DNA of 64,000 nucleotides from Eledone cirrhosa (GCA_964016885.1 OZ024741.1:78368001-78432000), one strand, 5' to 3'; shown: positions 37,101 through 49,832, counted from the stretch's first letter. Notes: generated by a model from the letters alone, not told the origin. Made by a program: numbers and translations.

Positions 37101-37662
37101 ATGAAAGTCGATAGCTGTATAACAAAGTGCAGGGCAATAAAGATAGACGGTAGCCACGGAATAGGCAGACCTAGAAAAACCTGGGACGAGCTGATAAACT
37201 CCGACCTCACACACTTACACCTCTCCAAGACAATGTCACTGGACCGAGACCTTTGGCGGTACTCAGTAACAGAGAAGACCCGCCTTGCCAGTAGGCATCT
37301 CTAACAAAATACACCCCGTCCCACCACCACCACCCCCACCCCATCCACACCACCCCGTCCTATGTAAAGTTATGTTGGTGCCGCGCCATCCGGGCCGAAA
37401 CAAATGAGATCGTGTAGGTGTCACGACAAAAAAACACACAGTCCACGCTGTAATGTGGCCGTGTAGGCAACACGGTAAAAACCTCCCAGACCCACACTGT
37501 AAATGTGGTTGGTGTTAGGAAGGGCATCCAACTGTAGAAAACCTGCCAGACAGTCCTATGCGAGCAAGACAATCACTCTTGCCTCAAGTGGGACTACCCC
37601 CGTCCAAACCCATGCAAGCGTGGAACACGGACGTTAAACGTTGATGATGATGATGATGATGA
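34163..37662 (+). mobile_element. Near full-length RTE-clade LINE inserted in (TA)n
   Basis: Short 5' region, a single long ORF, ~350-bp 3' UTR and (GAT)n tail, with (TA)n on both flanks. Confidence 0.97.
34317..37304 (+). CDS. RTE LINE protein: APE endonuclease, reverse transcriptase and PHD-like Cys/His finger
   Basis: 995 aa. Motifs: IQETRW, SAYAPQ, GDLNGHVG, QVDYIL, SQHR; FVDLEKAFD, QGSVLSP, YADD, FRYLG; CSVC..CPKC..WVHKRC..CGRC. The frame stays open upstream to 34203 (GTINVGTL). Confidence 0.97.
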   Translation: MLERKEVDVCCIQETRWRGGSARFIEGKKRCYKLFWVGNDDGLGGVGIMVAEKWADKIIDVNRVNDRIIKIRLVLNRTTVTVISAYAPQSGLPGTIKDRFYETLMLTTSQISDSDYIIIAGDLNGHVGQHCDGYDEIHGGYGFGTRNEEGSRILEFCDANNLTICNTNFKKRDNHLITYRSGEHTSQVDYILTRRRDRVSVVNTKSLPHEECTSQHRLIISDLIVRSRRTRQQKRTILRRKIWKLKDPTAKNKFQNILLDAFDSKEEHLESDNIEGQWEFLKANLLLATDEVCGWSRPVGRRRVTWWWNSKVEESIKAKKQAWKVWRDGGSRVDYQVARREARREVYLARREAEERKFKHVLQRDDQKREVFRIARQCVKENRDIVGEKCVLNDDGILAITDTDKKAAWKCHYERLLNEENKWEKDSLPHVDPIEGPAVLVEGSIISKAIKDMKTGKAAGPSEIVAEMLKASGTVGHTMVTRIVNQVVQNGVVPKDWHSSIIVNCYKGKGDALDRSNYRGIKLIDQVMKVTEKVIAQLIRERIDLDEMQFGFVSGKSTTDALFIVRQLQEKYLAKGKPLYLAFVDLEKAFDRVPCSIIWWALRKLGVDEWLVRAIQAMYKETVSKVRINNEYSEEFSVKVGVHQGSVLSPLLFIIALQAITEEFKTGCPWELLYADDLTLIAESMAELEKKFQTWKHGLESKGLKINLAKTKVLVCRKENKAAVPSGKWSCSVCRKGVGRNSILCPKCKVWVHKRCSGITGKLTKNIDFTCGRCSGAISSSKCPQTTSSFNCAEGSIEIVDSFRYLGDKISSGGGCSESTVARVRTGWKKFRELIPLLAAKGFSLKMKGRLYDACIRTAMLHGSETWALCAEDIRRLERNEACMLRWMCNSNIRERQSINELRKKLEIRGIRCCLLERRLRWYGHVMRMKVDSCITKCRAIKIDGSHGIGRPRKTWDELINSDLTHLHLSKTMSLDRDLWRYSVTEKTRLASRHL

Positions 37663-37709
37663 TATATATATATATTTAAAAAATAGAGGTGTGACACACG
37701 AATTGTGAT

Positions 37710-37949
37710 ATATTAGTAAAAAGGAAAAGAAAATGGTGACAAATTTTTCCCAGTGAAAAATAATTTAATTAGGAATAAGTATAAATTAGTAATAAGTATT
37801 AGTTAGTATTCAGTTTTAGTTTTAAGTTTTTACCGGTTGCGCATTTCTAATGCTTTTCAAAAATAATTCTGAGATAAAGCGCTCGTGATTTTTGCTCTAA
37901 ACTTAAAACTAAAACTGAAAAATTTGTCAGCATTTTTTTTTCCTTTTTA

Positions 37950-37955
<6 letters not shown>
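37710..37955. repeat. Imperfect AT-rich inverted repeat beside (TA)n
   Basis: TATTAGTAAAAAGGAAAA...GACAAATTTTTC pairs with GAAAAATTTGTC...TTCCTTTTTACTAATA, and TTCAGTTTTAGTTTTAAGTTT pairs with AAACTTAAAACTAAAACTGAA. Confidence 0.75.
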
Positions 37956-37992
<37 letters not shown>

Positions 37993-38836
37993 GAAAATAT
38001 AAAAATTAATGTGAGCAAGAAGCCAACAGTATTTCATAATATATAAGTGACTATAACGTCAAAATGGAAAATAATTAACATAAGATATGGGAAAATAATT
38101 CAAACTCAATTAAAAAAAAAATCAAGACAGAGATTTTATCCACGGATTTTGTGAAATCCAAGGAAAAAAATCAATAGAGTCTTAACTCAGAATAAAATAA
38201 AGTTTAAATACTCATCCTTCAATTTGGAAAAACTACAAATGCTCTATATAGTCTTAAAAAGACTATTTCACGAAACTTTTCAGTGGGATTGGTTACGGTT
38301 GGAACCGTTCCTCAGTAGAGCTCAAACACGATAACCCAAAGGACCACTGCTAAAATATGCCAAAAAGGGAATTTAAAAGCAGGCTAGTTCACCTCGTGCG
38401 GAATTATGAAAATAAACACACATGGAGAGACATGGCTGGTGACGTCAGAATGAGACGAATGTCTATTTACAAGAAACAGCAGTCAAAAACATTCCGAAAA
38501 AACTCTACAAAATGTAAGGAGTTCAGCAAAATAGCAATATTATCGTGTTTTTTTTTTTTAAAAAAGACCGGGATTAGTCACAAATAATTTTAAGCACTCT
38601 AGGAAAAATTCTGAGTATAAATATAAATGAAAATATAGAAATTAATGTGAGCAAGAAGCCAACAGTATTTCATAATATATATATATATACAAGTGGAAGC
38701 TTAGTAAAATCGAGGTTTTGGCTGTGGCCAAGCTTACGACCTACAATTAGGAATGAGCAGCAAAGCACTCAATAAGGTTGCAGGCCTTAGTGTAATAACA
38801 TACGTTTAGACAGCTTGACAAATTGAAAATTGCGGC

Positions 38837-38883
<47 letters not shown>

Positions 38884-38931
38884 AATAATTGTTTCTATTT
38901 TTGGCACAAGGCCAGAAATTATCCCAGTGTA

Positions 38932-39922
38932 TTGTCCAGATGGTTCTATAGAAATAGTGGACAGCTTCCGTTACCTGGGTGACAAAATCAGCAGTGGGGG
39001 AGGGTGCGCTGAAAGTACAGTAGCCAGAGATAGAACGGGATGGAAAAAGTTCAGAGAGCTTATACCACTATTAGCTGCTAAAGGGTTCTCTCTAAAAATA
39101 AAAGGCAGATTGTATGATGCCTGTATATGAACAGCAATGTTACATGGCAGTGAGACATGGCATTGTGTGCAGAGGATCTGTGCAGCCTGGAGAGGAACGA
39201 AGTATGCATGTTCCGTTGGATGTGTAATAGTAATATACGCGAACGGCAAAGCATAAATGAACTAAGTGAGAAATTAGGAATAAAAGGGATCAGATGCTGT
39301 TTACTCGAGAGAAGACTACGTTGGTATGGTCACGTGATGCGCATGAAAGACGACAGTTGTATAAAAAAGTGCAGGGCGATCAAAATTGATGGAAGTTACG
39401 GGGTAGATAAACCCAGAAAAACCTGGGACGATTTGATAAATTCCGACCTTACACACACCCCTCTAAGACAAGGTCACTAGACCGAGATCTTTGGTGCTAC
39501 GCAGTAATACAGAAGACCCACCTTGCCTATGTACAAAGTAAAACCTACAGTCAGTAGGCACCTCTTAACCAAAATACACACTCCCATCCCACTACCCCTA
39601 CTCCCACCCCCATCAACACCACCTCTTTCTCTGTAAAGTTATGTTGGTACCACAACATCCAGTCCAGAATAAACGAGGTCGTGTAGGTGTCACAACAAAA
39701 AAACACCCAGTCCACGCTGTAATGTGGCCGTGTAGGTAACACGGTAAAAATCTCCCAGTCCACACTGTAAACGTGGTTGGTGTTAGGAAGGGCATCCAGC
39801 CATAGAAAACCTGCCAGACAGTCCCTATACGAGTGAGACCCAATCTTGCCTCAAGTCGGACAATTCCCATCTAAACCCATGCTAGCGTGGAAGATAGACG
39901 TTAAACGATGATGATGATGATG
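38932..39922 (+). mobile_element. 5'-truncated RTE LINE
   Basis: GSIEIVDSFRYLGD... C-terminal peptides, 3' UTR and (GAT)n tail. Confidence 0.95.
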
Positions 39923-40859
39923 ATATATATATATTTAGCTGGTGGTGGTGGTGGTGGTCAGCCCTTAGGTCTTGACTCTTTATAATATCACCATACTCTA
40001 TTACCTCAAGTACCAAGTACTCTGTTGAGTAATAGTCTAACTAGTTTCAAACTGGTTCTATCCTGATTTATATATATCATCATCACTATCATTTAAACTT
40101 TTCACGGCTAGTGATTTAGTTGAACTAAATTACAATGAAATGAGTGGGATCTATTTGAACTGATATGTCATCATTGTCATCATTTAACATCTATTTTTCC
40201 ACATTTGTATGGGTTAGAAGGGTTGTCATGTTACGAGACTAGTCTGGTCAAGTGGCCATGTCTTATTTATATAGATCTGTATTTTGTCTTGGTTTCTACA
40301 GCTGGATGCCCTTCTTAATGCCAACCACATTACAGTATGGACACGGTGCTTTTCATCATGGCACCAAGATGACCATCTATCAGAGTGGACTGGGTGCTTT
40401 TTGATTGTGTCACCAGCAAGACCACCTTATATGGTGGACTAGGTGTTTTTTGTTGTCACCAGCCTGACCACTTTACAGGGTGGACTGGGTATTTTTTTCT
40501 CATGCCACCAACATGGTCACCTTACATGGTCATGAACTGAGTGATTTTGTTGTTGTGGCACTGGATTACAATAAAGTGTGGATTTAGTGTATTTTTTGTT
40601 GTGGCAACAGCATTGCGAGAGATCAGATGTGAAGTGTGTCCAACTTTCATGCTTTTATGCATGGGTTGGGCAGGAGTGGTGTATCATGAGTGCGAGTTTG
40701 GGAACAAGTAAGCAAGTTCAACATAAACAAGGTGTATGAGATATTTAGCTGTTGGTGGTGGTGGTGGTGGTATTAATACCGGGGAGGGTGAATAGGGAAG
40801 AGTAAAAAAAAAGATCGGTGCAGACTAGTGTCCTCTACATGTTTGTTTCATCCTGTGCA

Positions 40860-41290
40860 CATGGACTCCTACTTGCGCACTAAATTTCTCATTATAATCA
40901 TTTTTAATTCTAACATTCCCGACTGCTCCTCTGTACATAGCTTGTACCATCCTCACAAGCCACTCATCTATCCTTAGTTTTCTAAGAGCTCACCAGGTTA
41001 TGTAACAGAGACTCTGTCCAATGCTTTCCCTAGGTCAACAAATGCCAAATAGAAGGGCTTACTTTTAGCTAGGTACTTCTCCTGCAGTTGACTCACAAGG
41101 AAGAGGGCGCAAATCCAAACAGCATCTCCTCTAGGCTAACTTGGTCCTTAATCAGCTGTGTGATAACTCTTTCTGTAACCTTCATGATCTGGTCCATTAA
41201 CTTGATGCCTCTATAATTTCCTGTCTAGTGCATCTCTTTTGTCTTTGCAGCAGTTGATCATGCTGCTACACCAGTTGTTGAGTATGATAA
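40860..41290 (-). mobile_element. Old RTE RT fragment
   Basis: Reverse complement resembles the RGIKL.DQ.MKVTE and LQEKYLAKSKP segments. Confidence 0.75.
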
Positions 41291-42518
41291 CAATCTTTAT
41301 TATACACACACACAGACACACACAGTTGTATAACCATGTGTATGTGTATGCAAGCATGTATATAAAAGGTTTGAAAAAGTTAAAATAGATGAAGTGAAAG
41401 CCCTAAATCTGTACTCCATGATTTTAGGGGAAGATCACAGCATGGTTGACCTTAATATATTTAAAAGAAAAAAACCTCCAAAAATAAGGATTAAAGATTA
41501 AACAGCCTAAAATATAGGTTAATCTCAAACCTAATATATAGTAATGAATAAGGGCTGATAACTAAAATGTTAAAGATCATGTCTTTTTTTCTTGATTGCT
41601 TAAGTTGGCTTAAGTTCTAATAAAACGATGGCTAATAAAATGATGGCTTAAGTTCTAATAAAATAGCTTCGTCATCATTAATCTGGTATTTGGAACATAG
41701 CTTAACAAAGGTTTATGACAACATTATGACAAAAGGTTTTAATTTAAGTGAACAGTTTAAAATGGAATGATTTGTACTGTTGAACCAAAGGTGGTCTGTG
41801 ATGGGTTGATATCAAAATAATTAAAATATGAAGGACATGTAAAATACTGCTAGAAACAGCAGCTTATTTACTCTTCTATCTTAAGCTACTTGGGATCTTA
41901 TTTCTAATACATTTTGTTTATCTTTCAATTAATTTTGAAAAACCACTAAAAATTTGGAGTAAAATAATGAATTTCATCATATAATAATGAAAATTAGTGT
42001 GTACAGTGCTCAGGTGCACTACAAAGGTGCATGTATAGTACATAGAATAATGTACAAATGTCAGGAAAGTGAACAGTATGAGTCATGATATACACACAGA
42101 TACACACGTATGTGTGTTTATGGAGGGGGGAATATCGGGTGCAGTGTTGGTGAATTTCAGGAAGCATTGAAGTTTTGAAGGATGCAGTGCTCTGACAGCT
42201 AACAACTGATGCAGGTAGTTGTCCATGCTTCAGAAACTCTGAGCATGAAAAAATGTTTCCGAAAGTCATGGGAGCTGTGCTGTTTTCTGACTTTGACATA
42301 TGGAATTCAAAAAGGTGCTCAGGGTTGTTGCTGGAAAGATGGTTAATAATCTTGTCATCATCATTTTACATCTATGACATAGGTTGGATGAGACTTTTTG
42401 AGTTGTTTTTCAAATGACTGGATGCTCTTCCTGGTGCTTTAAAAGTATGGTGTATACTGATGATTTTTGTCACTGTTAAGCAATGGGATATATTGTTGGT
42501 GATACATCACCACTTACT

Positions 42519-42745
42519 TTAACCCTTTAGCCTTTAAACTGGCTGTATCTGGCCAGAATTCTCTCACCTCTTTCTGTTCAAACCAGCTGTAACTGGCTGC
42601 TCATACTGATGTTAAGGTATTGTTTTCAAAATAAATATCAAAATCTCAGATTCGATATTATGTGAGATAATTATGAGAGAAAATACCTTTACCATGAAAA
42701 AAATATAATAGTAAATATAGAGTAATATAAATGCTAAAAGGTTAA
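42519..42745 (+). mobile_element. piggyBac-type MITE
   Basis: TTAA-CCCTTTAGC...TAAATGCTAAAAGG-TTAA. Confidence 0.85.
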
Positions 42746-43058
42746 ATTGTGTCATTATACAAATGCATAGAAACAGACACACACACACAGCCTTAGACTA
42801 CTATAATCCTGATCACTGATTTTCTCTGGTCACTGTAGAAATATGAGAACAGTAATGATGTTGATGCCAAGAGGAGGAATGTGATGTTACCAAAGCTGAT
42901 AATGATGCCATGCTGTTACTGCTGGCTAATGATGATGAAAATGATATTGCTAATAAAATTGATTAATCACTAGTATATAGTAATCACAAACACATTTGAT
43001 TTGGCGAGCTCAATAACTTTAATCAATACGGCACCAGTGATTTAACAAGGGTCTTCAC

Positions 43059-43214
43059 CACTTGAGAGTAAAGACAGTTTTGGTGCCTTCACCTAAATTA
43101 ACAGATATGACAAGCCAGGGTAAATTTTGTGCTCCTTCACACTTGCATCTGGAAAGAGGAAAGTCTGTTCCTTCATTTACATCCTTCTTACTACACCTTT
43201 GGACGATACCAATA
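43059..43214 (-). CDS. Putative exon of an unidentified gene (may instead be a terminal exon ending at the TGA at 43055-43057)
   Basis: Acceptor TTTACTTCTCTTCAG, open frame IGIVQRCSKK...VFTLK, weak donor GTGAAG. Phase 2 matches the exon at 47140-47334. Confidence 0.4.
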
Positions 43215-45563
43215 CTGAAGAGAAGTAAACATTGTTGAACAATGCTCAAAATCAACCAAACAAAAGCAAATGGGGACAACTCAGAAACAAAAATGATAGT
43301 CCCAATTAATTAAAATTTAGAAATAAGCAATACAGTGTGATAAATAAAATTTCTGATATTTCTTATGAACTTTAAATTCAATTAATCCTGATTGATTTTA
43401 TTTGAACAGATGAATGACCTGCAAGACAAGTAAGGTAACTTGTCCAATCAGAATGTCCAACATATTAATGGTAACCTCAGCCCTTTGTTTACATCACTGT
43501 TCCAATCTCATCTAGTCAATACATTATATATGTTAACGCTAAATTCCTTATGTTGTTGTTGTTGTTTAGCTACAGGTTAGTCCTGATTGAGCAGACCAAT
43601 AATCAGCTGTCTAGAACTATATTATGTAATGTGTTCTTTCCTTGTCTAAAATGTTATAGGGGCATTTGAGAGGCATTTGGCTCCAATTTTTAGCAAGTTG
43701 AACTACCACTTGGCAGCTCTATTTTCGGCTCAAAAATTGTTTTTTGTTGTTTAATCCCAACTTATCCCTGATGAAGGAAACATATAATCAAAGGCATTTC
43801 AGCCAAGATGACTTTTTTTGTCTACCTGTATTATGTGATGTATTTTATTCTTGTTTAAGATGTTAGGGTGTGGTTTGAGGGAGATATAGTCACTATTTCT
43901 AGCAGTTCAAGCTACCATGTAGAGGCTCCAAAGGAATGAACAGGAAAAAAGCTGATCACCAGAAAACTGTTTCCATGACTCTTTCCATTGTTGATACTAT
44001 CTCTTGGTCAAAGTGTCACCTCTTTTCTGGTGACAAGGTGAGATTTGAACCCAAAGTGCACAAAGCTGGAACAGATACTGCAAAGCATTACATCTGATGC
44101 TATAACAATTCCACCAATCCTCTGGACTGTACTTATTTAGTGATCCTAAAGAATGAAAAACAAAGTTGAGTCCAGTGGGATTTAAATTCATAACACAGAG
44201 AACCAGAACAAATACCAAATCATTTAATCCAATGCTTTTATAACTCTGCCAATTCACCACCTAAAGTCACCATCGTTGGCTGAAATAGTGTTTTGCTATT
44301 GTTTAACCCCAGTTCAGCTCTGATCAAGCAAATTCATGATCAAATGATTTCCAGTCATGGCCATAACATCGTTTATTTTGAGGAAGGTTATCTTGGGCCA
44401 CATTATCCAAAACATTCGTCATTTTCGTTGTGGCTTTTACGAAAATTAGCTGCTATTTCTAGCAGATCCAACTACCAAAATGAGGCTTTATTGTTGACTG
44501 CGGGTTTGTGTTTTGCTGTATAGCCCCAGTTCAACACTGATTATGCAGATATTTAATCAAAGTTATTTCAGTTATGACCACACTCATTTATATATATTTT
44601 TTATGCTGAAGTGTGAGTATGTGTGAGTCTAGAACTACCATACCAATTGTGTTGTTTTTTCCGAAGATGAGAGATTATGGTTTACAGGAGATTTGACAGC
44701 TATTTCTTATAGGTCAAGGGCCCAAATAGAGGCTCTTAGTGGCTTGTCTAATTTACATACTCTAACTGTAAGTGACCATCCCACCCCATCTTTATATTGG
44801 ATATTCCAGTCTGTCATCAACATTCAAAGAATACAAATCTGTGGCATCACGTACATTGACACTTCACTGAGGAGCTAAACAACAAAAATCAATTTTTGAG
44901 CCAAAGCATTTATATTGAATAAAAGTTGTTGTGTTTCACCCCAGGCCAGTCCTCATTGAGCAAACCTATAAAAAGTATTCCAGCCATGATCATCCTGTCT
45001 TTTTGGTGATAATCTACTACTAAACAGATTTCTATCAGTGTCAAAGATGAACATTCCAGTTTGTTGATCCACTGAAGTATCTATTCATTGAAAAAGTATA
45101 TAAATGGCTGAGCATTCCACAGAAGTATTCTGACACAATGTGTGGCTAGGCCAGACTTATAAATTATAGATACAATTCATGGGTTTCCACACAATTTCTT
45201 TCTACGCTATTTTATTAAGGCTATCGTAAAAGGCACTTGCCCCAAGACAATGCAATGGGATTGAAACTGGGAGCCTATGATTGCAAAGTGAATGACAACC
45301 ATTCAGCAATGCTGCGTCTACAACTATTGTAACACTATCTAATGTGTCCTTCCCTTTTTCAGGACAGTAGGGTGTGATTTAAAGATTTAACTGATATTAC
45401 TAACACATTGAGTGGCCATGCAGAGGCTCCTTCACTAGTTAGTATTGAACAAGGTCAAATCACTAAGGGAAGCTCTTAATATCTCACCACCACTTCTGGG
45501 TGCACCCTATATGCCCTCGCTGCCCTTCTGTTACTATATATATAGAAGAAATATTACTGCCAA

Positions 45564-45791
45564 TTAACCCTTTAATGTTCAAACCGGCCAAAACCGGCCA
45601 GAATTCTCTACCTTTTTCTGTTGAAACTGGCTGTAACTGGTCACTCAAACTGATGTTAAGGTATTGTTCTAAAAATAAATACTTTCAAAATCTCATAGAT
45701 TCGATATTATGTGAGATAATTATGCAAGGTAAAGCCTTTACCATGAAAATATAATAGTATATATAGAGTAATGTGAATGCTAAAGGGTTAA
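45564..45791 (+). mobile_element. piggyBac-type MITE
   Basis: TTAA-CCCTTTA...GCTAAAGGG-TTAA. Partial copies at ~25251-25460 and ~46405-46601. Confidence 0.85.
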
Positions 45792-47139
45792 ATGAACAGA
45801 ATGTGACATTAAAGGCCCAAAGTTGACCTAAATATGGCTGCTCTTCTCTTGCTAGCAATACTGAAATTAATTAATGAATAAACAGTGTTTATATCTCTGA
45901 GTGAAAATAAAATTTCAATTGTTACCAAGCAATAGTAGCAGCAGCAGTACCAGCAGCATTTGTGCACACGTGTGTGCATAATTTAATAATGGATCTTTTA
46001 TTGGGTATCATGATGTTCGATCAACTGAATTATATACAAATTAAATTATACTGTAAGTGACTGAGTATTCCACACACAATGGAATTAAGCCAAAGACACC
46101 ATGATCAAACCGTATGCCTGCACCCACATACACAGAAACTTCAGTAAAATATAGGACCTAGGTATATAGTAAAACAATATTCAGTGACTAAGGAAATAAA
46201 CTCTTTAACAAGCAAACATCTACAGAATTACTTGAGAATTAGCAACCAAGTATTCCTTATATCACACTCTACTGTTTTATGAATGTAGTTCTAGATATAC
46301 AGTATCATCATCATCTTCATTGTTTTTATGTTAACTTTTCCATACTGGCATGGGTTAGGATATGTTGAAGCAACGTTTTACAGCTGGATGTCCTTCCCAT
46401 AACACATTTAGTTTTCATAGTAAAGGCTTTATCTCACATCATAATTATCTCAAATAATAACAAATCTATGAGATTTTGATATTATTTATTTTGAGAACAA
46501 TACCTTAACATAAGTATAAGTGGCCAGCTACAGCCAGTTTGATCAGAAAGAAGTGAGAGAATTCTGGCCAGATATGGTTGGTTTAAATGCTAAAGGGTTA
46601 ATATAATGTAATGTTGACTTTTTTCGATCAATTGAATAATTTATGCTAATTATTAATCTGTGATACATATTCATATCACAGCTCAATGCTGATAATGGAA
46701 AAAAGAAAAAGAAAAAGTTAACAAAAATATTAATACATAATACAGTGTCAAGGGAAGCAATTCATAAAAGAATTCAGCCTCCTAAATATTAATCAACTGT
46801 ATGAACTATTCATTAAATCAATGTATAAGTGGCTGAGTATTCTACAGACATGTGTACCCATAACCTAATTCTGAGGCAGTATCAGCATGGCACTTTGTAA
46901 TGACAAATTTTGAGCTTTGAATTACATTTACAATCCATATGATGGGCTTCTACATAGTTTCCATCAACCTAATTTTACTTACAAACTTGGATTAATCCAA
47001 GACTATGGTAAAAGCACTTACCTATGATGCCATAGTGGGATCAAATTCGGAACTTCAAGATTGTGAAGCAAACTTTTTAACTAATCAATTATGCTTATGA
47101 CCCTAGAATTTAACTGGCATGTCTTTTACTGATTCCTAC

Positions 47140-47334
47140 CCAATATCTAGGGTCTTTTGTAACGATGCTAAGAGATGTTTCAAATATAGGTCAAATGCTT
47201 GAATAACCTTTTGGAAAGTGCAAAATATCTGAAAGGCTAATACCAACATTCTACAAAAAAAAATCAAATTTGTAAAAGTATCAGTCTCTTCTGTTTCTTC
47301 TATGAAAACTGAGTCATAAACTGCCACAAAGATG
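47140..47334 (-). CDS. Putative internal coding exon of an unidentified gene
   Basis: Strong acceptor CATTCTTTTTCTTCTCTAG, donor GG|GTAGGA, 195 bp open in phase 2-2 (IFVAVYDSVFIEE...KTLDIG). Confidence 0.45.
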
Positions 47335-48149
47335 CTAGAGAAGAAAAAGAATGCCTTTTAAACACAGTGCCTGAGAATCATACTTAACATCAGCAGAACA
47401 GACCATGTCACCAATAAATATGTATACAAGTATACAAGTACGTACCCACTAGTTAAAGATTTATCATCAGTTATCATTTACTGGATATTCTAGTAGAAGC
47501 AAGGAAGATTTGATTCAGCAATACTATCTGTAGGTCCCACAACACATAGGCAAAGAAGCAGAGATAGAGAGAAACCAAGCTATGTGAAGCATATTGCTGG
47601 TTGCTTCAGTTGTGATGTCTGACTTGAATGTGAAGCTGCCAGGGACAAAGTGGCATGAGATCTGTTGCTGAAGTTACCTCTTGTTTCTCCCCACGAGCAT
47701 GAGATGGAGCAAACATAGTGTGAAAGTTGACTTCTGGGGTTGATAAAAATACCAGTCAAAAATTTATGTTGATATAACTGACTATTTGCTCCTTACCAAA
47801 ATGTCTGGTTTTATACCTATATAAGAAACCATTATTACTGGGTGGTGGATTGGCAGTATCAATAGAGTGTCAGACACCATGCTTTGTGGCATAAAGTTAC
47901 CACCCTTTATGTTCTGAATTCAAATCCCACCGAGGTTAGCTTTGCCTTTCATCCTTACCGGGTCGATAAAATAAAGTACCAGTAATGTACTGGGGTTGAT
48001 TTAATCAACTTTCCCCTCCCCCCAAAATTGCTGGCCTGGTGCCTAAAGTAGAAACAATTATTAGAGATTAGTGCCATAATAACAAGACTGCACCTCCAAG
48101 GGATCTGAGTTGTGATTAAGTTGTTGTTTAGCTTCAGGTCAGCCCCACA

Positions 48150-48700
48150 TAATACTGAAGCAGGTGGAGAAGTTCAAGTATCTCAGGGCTGTATTCATGA
48201 GTGATGGAAGGCAGGAGATTGAGTTAAGTGCAAGAATTGCAGGAGCTGGTGCAATAATGCACCAGCTTTAGCAATCGGTAATCAAAAGAAGGGAGGTAGG
48301 TGTAAAAGCCAAACTCCCTATCTTTAATATAGTATTCATACCAACTTTTACCTATGGTCATGAATCTTGGGTAATGACTGAAAGAATACAATCGAAATGG
48401 GGTTCCTCCGAAGAGTCTTTGGAGTAATGTTACTCAATAGAGTGTGTAGCTCAGAGATCAGAGAATTAATCCAAGTAGAGCTGCTACTTCTCTGAATTGG
48501 GAGATCACAGCTCTGGTACTATGGGCATGTGGTTAGAATGTCTCAGGAAAGAATTGTTGGACAGGAGTAGACCCTGAGCAGGATGGTTGGATAACATCCA
48601 TGAGCTTGGCTGGTCTTGCTTGGGGATCCAGCCAAATCAGTTGGAGATAGTTGCTTCTGTTGAGGACTCTGCCCCAATGACCCTCTCAGGAATAAGTGGG
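48150..48700 (+). mobile_element. Decayed 3' fragment of a second RTE family
   Basis: QVEKFKYL, PT.TYGHESWVMT and L.YYGHVVRM peptides, interrupted by stops. Confidence 0.75.
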
Positions 48701-49832
48701 CGAAGGAGGAGGAGGAGAAGGAAAAGAGGAGGTGGAAGAGGTGGAGGCAAAGGAGGAGAAGGAAAAGGAGGAGGTGGAAGAGGTGGAGGCAAAGGAGGAG
48801 AAGAAGCCTTATTTTTAAAGATGCCTAATTTTTAAAACAGTAATTGGGTCTGTTTTTCATTTGCCTTTAGAAATAGTGTATCTAGTACTACATTATCTAG
48901 TATTACTATTTTTTAAAACAGTAGTTGGACTGAACACCTTGTATGAATGAATGATTAGAGGATCCCAAAGCAGATGTTAAATGGTGAACTTGTATGTGGA
49001 AAGCATCCCCCAACACAACACCAGACAACAGCTTAAAGACTATGTAAAATTTTCTTTGGAAACATTTGAAATGTGTGAGGAAAATTGGTAAAGAAATGCT
49101 TTTACAACTGGCAGGAGACCCATGAGTAGACCCTGAGCAAGATGGTGAAAAAGTCTTTGAAAAGTATGTATCTTTCATTCGGAATTTAAGTAGGCTGCAC
49201 AGTGTTTTGAATTTTCGTCAATAATAGTTAACATAATGTTTTAAAGAATAAATTTTAATTATTAATTCTTTTTCTATATGTTCTGATATTTCATCTGCAA
49301 AACTCACCAGACAGAATTTTATCGATTCTATTCTATAATTGTGAGAGATTTATGTTTAGAAATTCACTACATCAAAAGATACAATATGTGGATTTTCACT
49401 GACTTTCTAAATGTTATTAAAAATATCTTTTATATAACTTCTGTGTTTTAACCCTTTTGATACCAACTGATTTAATGAAACTGCCAACATTAAAATGTCC
49501 ATACTTATATTAATACCTCTACCATAATGTTATTTAAGAAATTTTTGTTAAGTATTGTTCCAAGCATTAGTTTACTAATGAAAAACTTCAAAATTTTATT
49601 AAATCCATCAACATTTCCAATTATTTTCAAATTTATTGAAACACATAATGGTAACAGAGGGTTTCAGTAAAATGTCTTTAAATGTTACTCAGCTGCTGTT
49701 TCTAGTAGTATTTTACATATCCCTTTTATTTTAATATGTTGGATTTGCTACTATTTGATGGGAAAATAATACATATATACATATAGATTATTTTCATACT
49801 TCACTTATATTGCTTTTCTGAATTTTGAATAA

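Noticed and set aside
2194-37572. Minus-strand ORFs overlapping the RTE and Penelope ORFs
   Set aside because: Antisense shadows of coding frames, repeated only because the elements are repeated.
48587-48835. Arg/Gly-rich ORF
   Set aside because: Translation of a GGA/GAA low-complexity tail.
48906-49178. 90-aa minus-strand ORF with an acceptor-like site
   Set aside because: Overlaps RTE-derived sequence (GAGTAGACCCTGAGCA also occurs at ~48566), has no good donor, and shows no recognisable homology.
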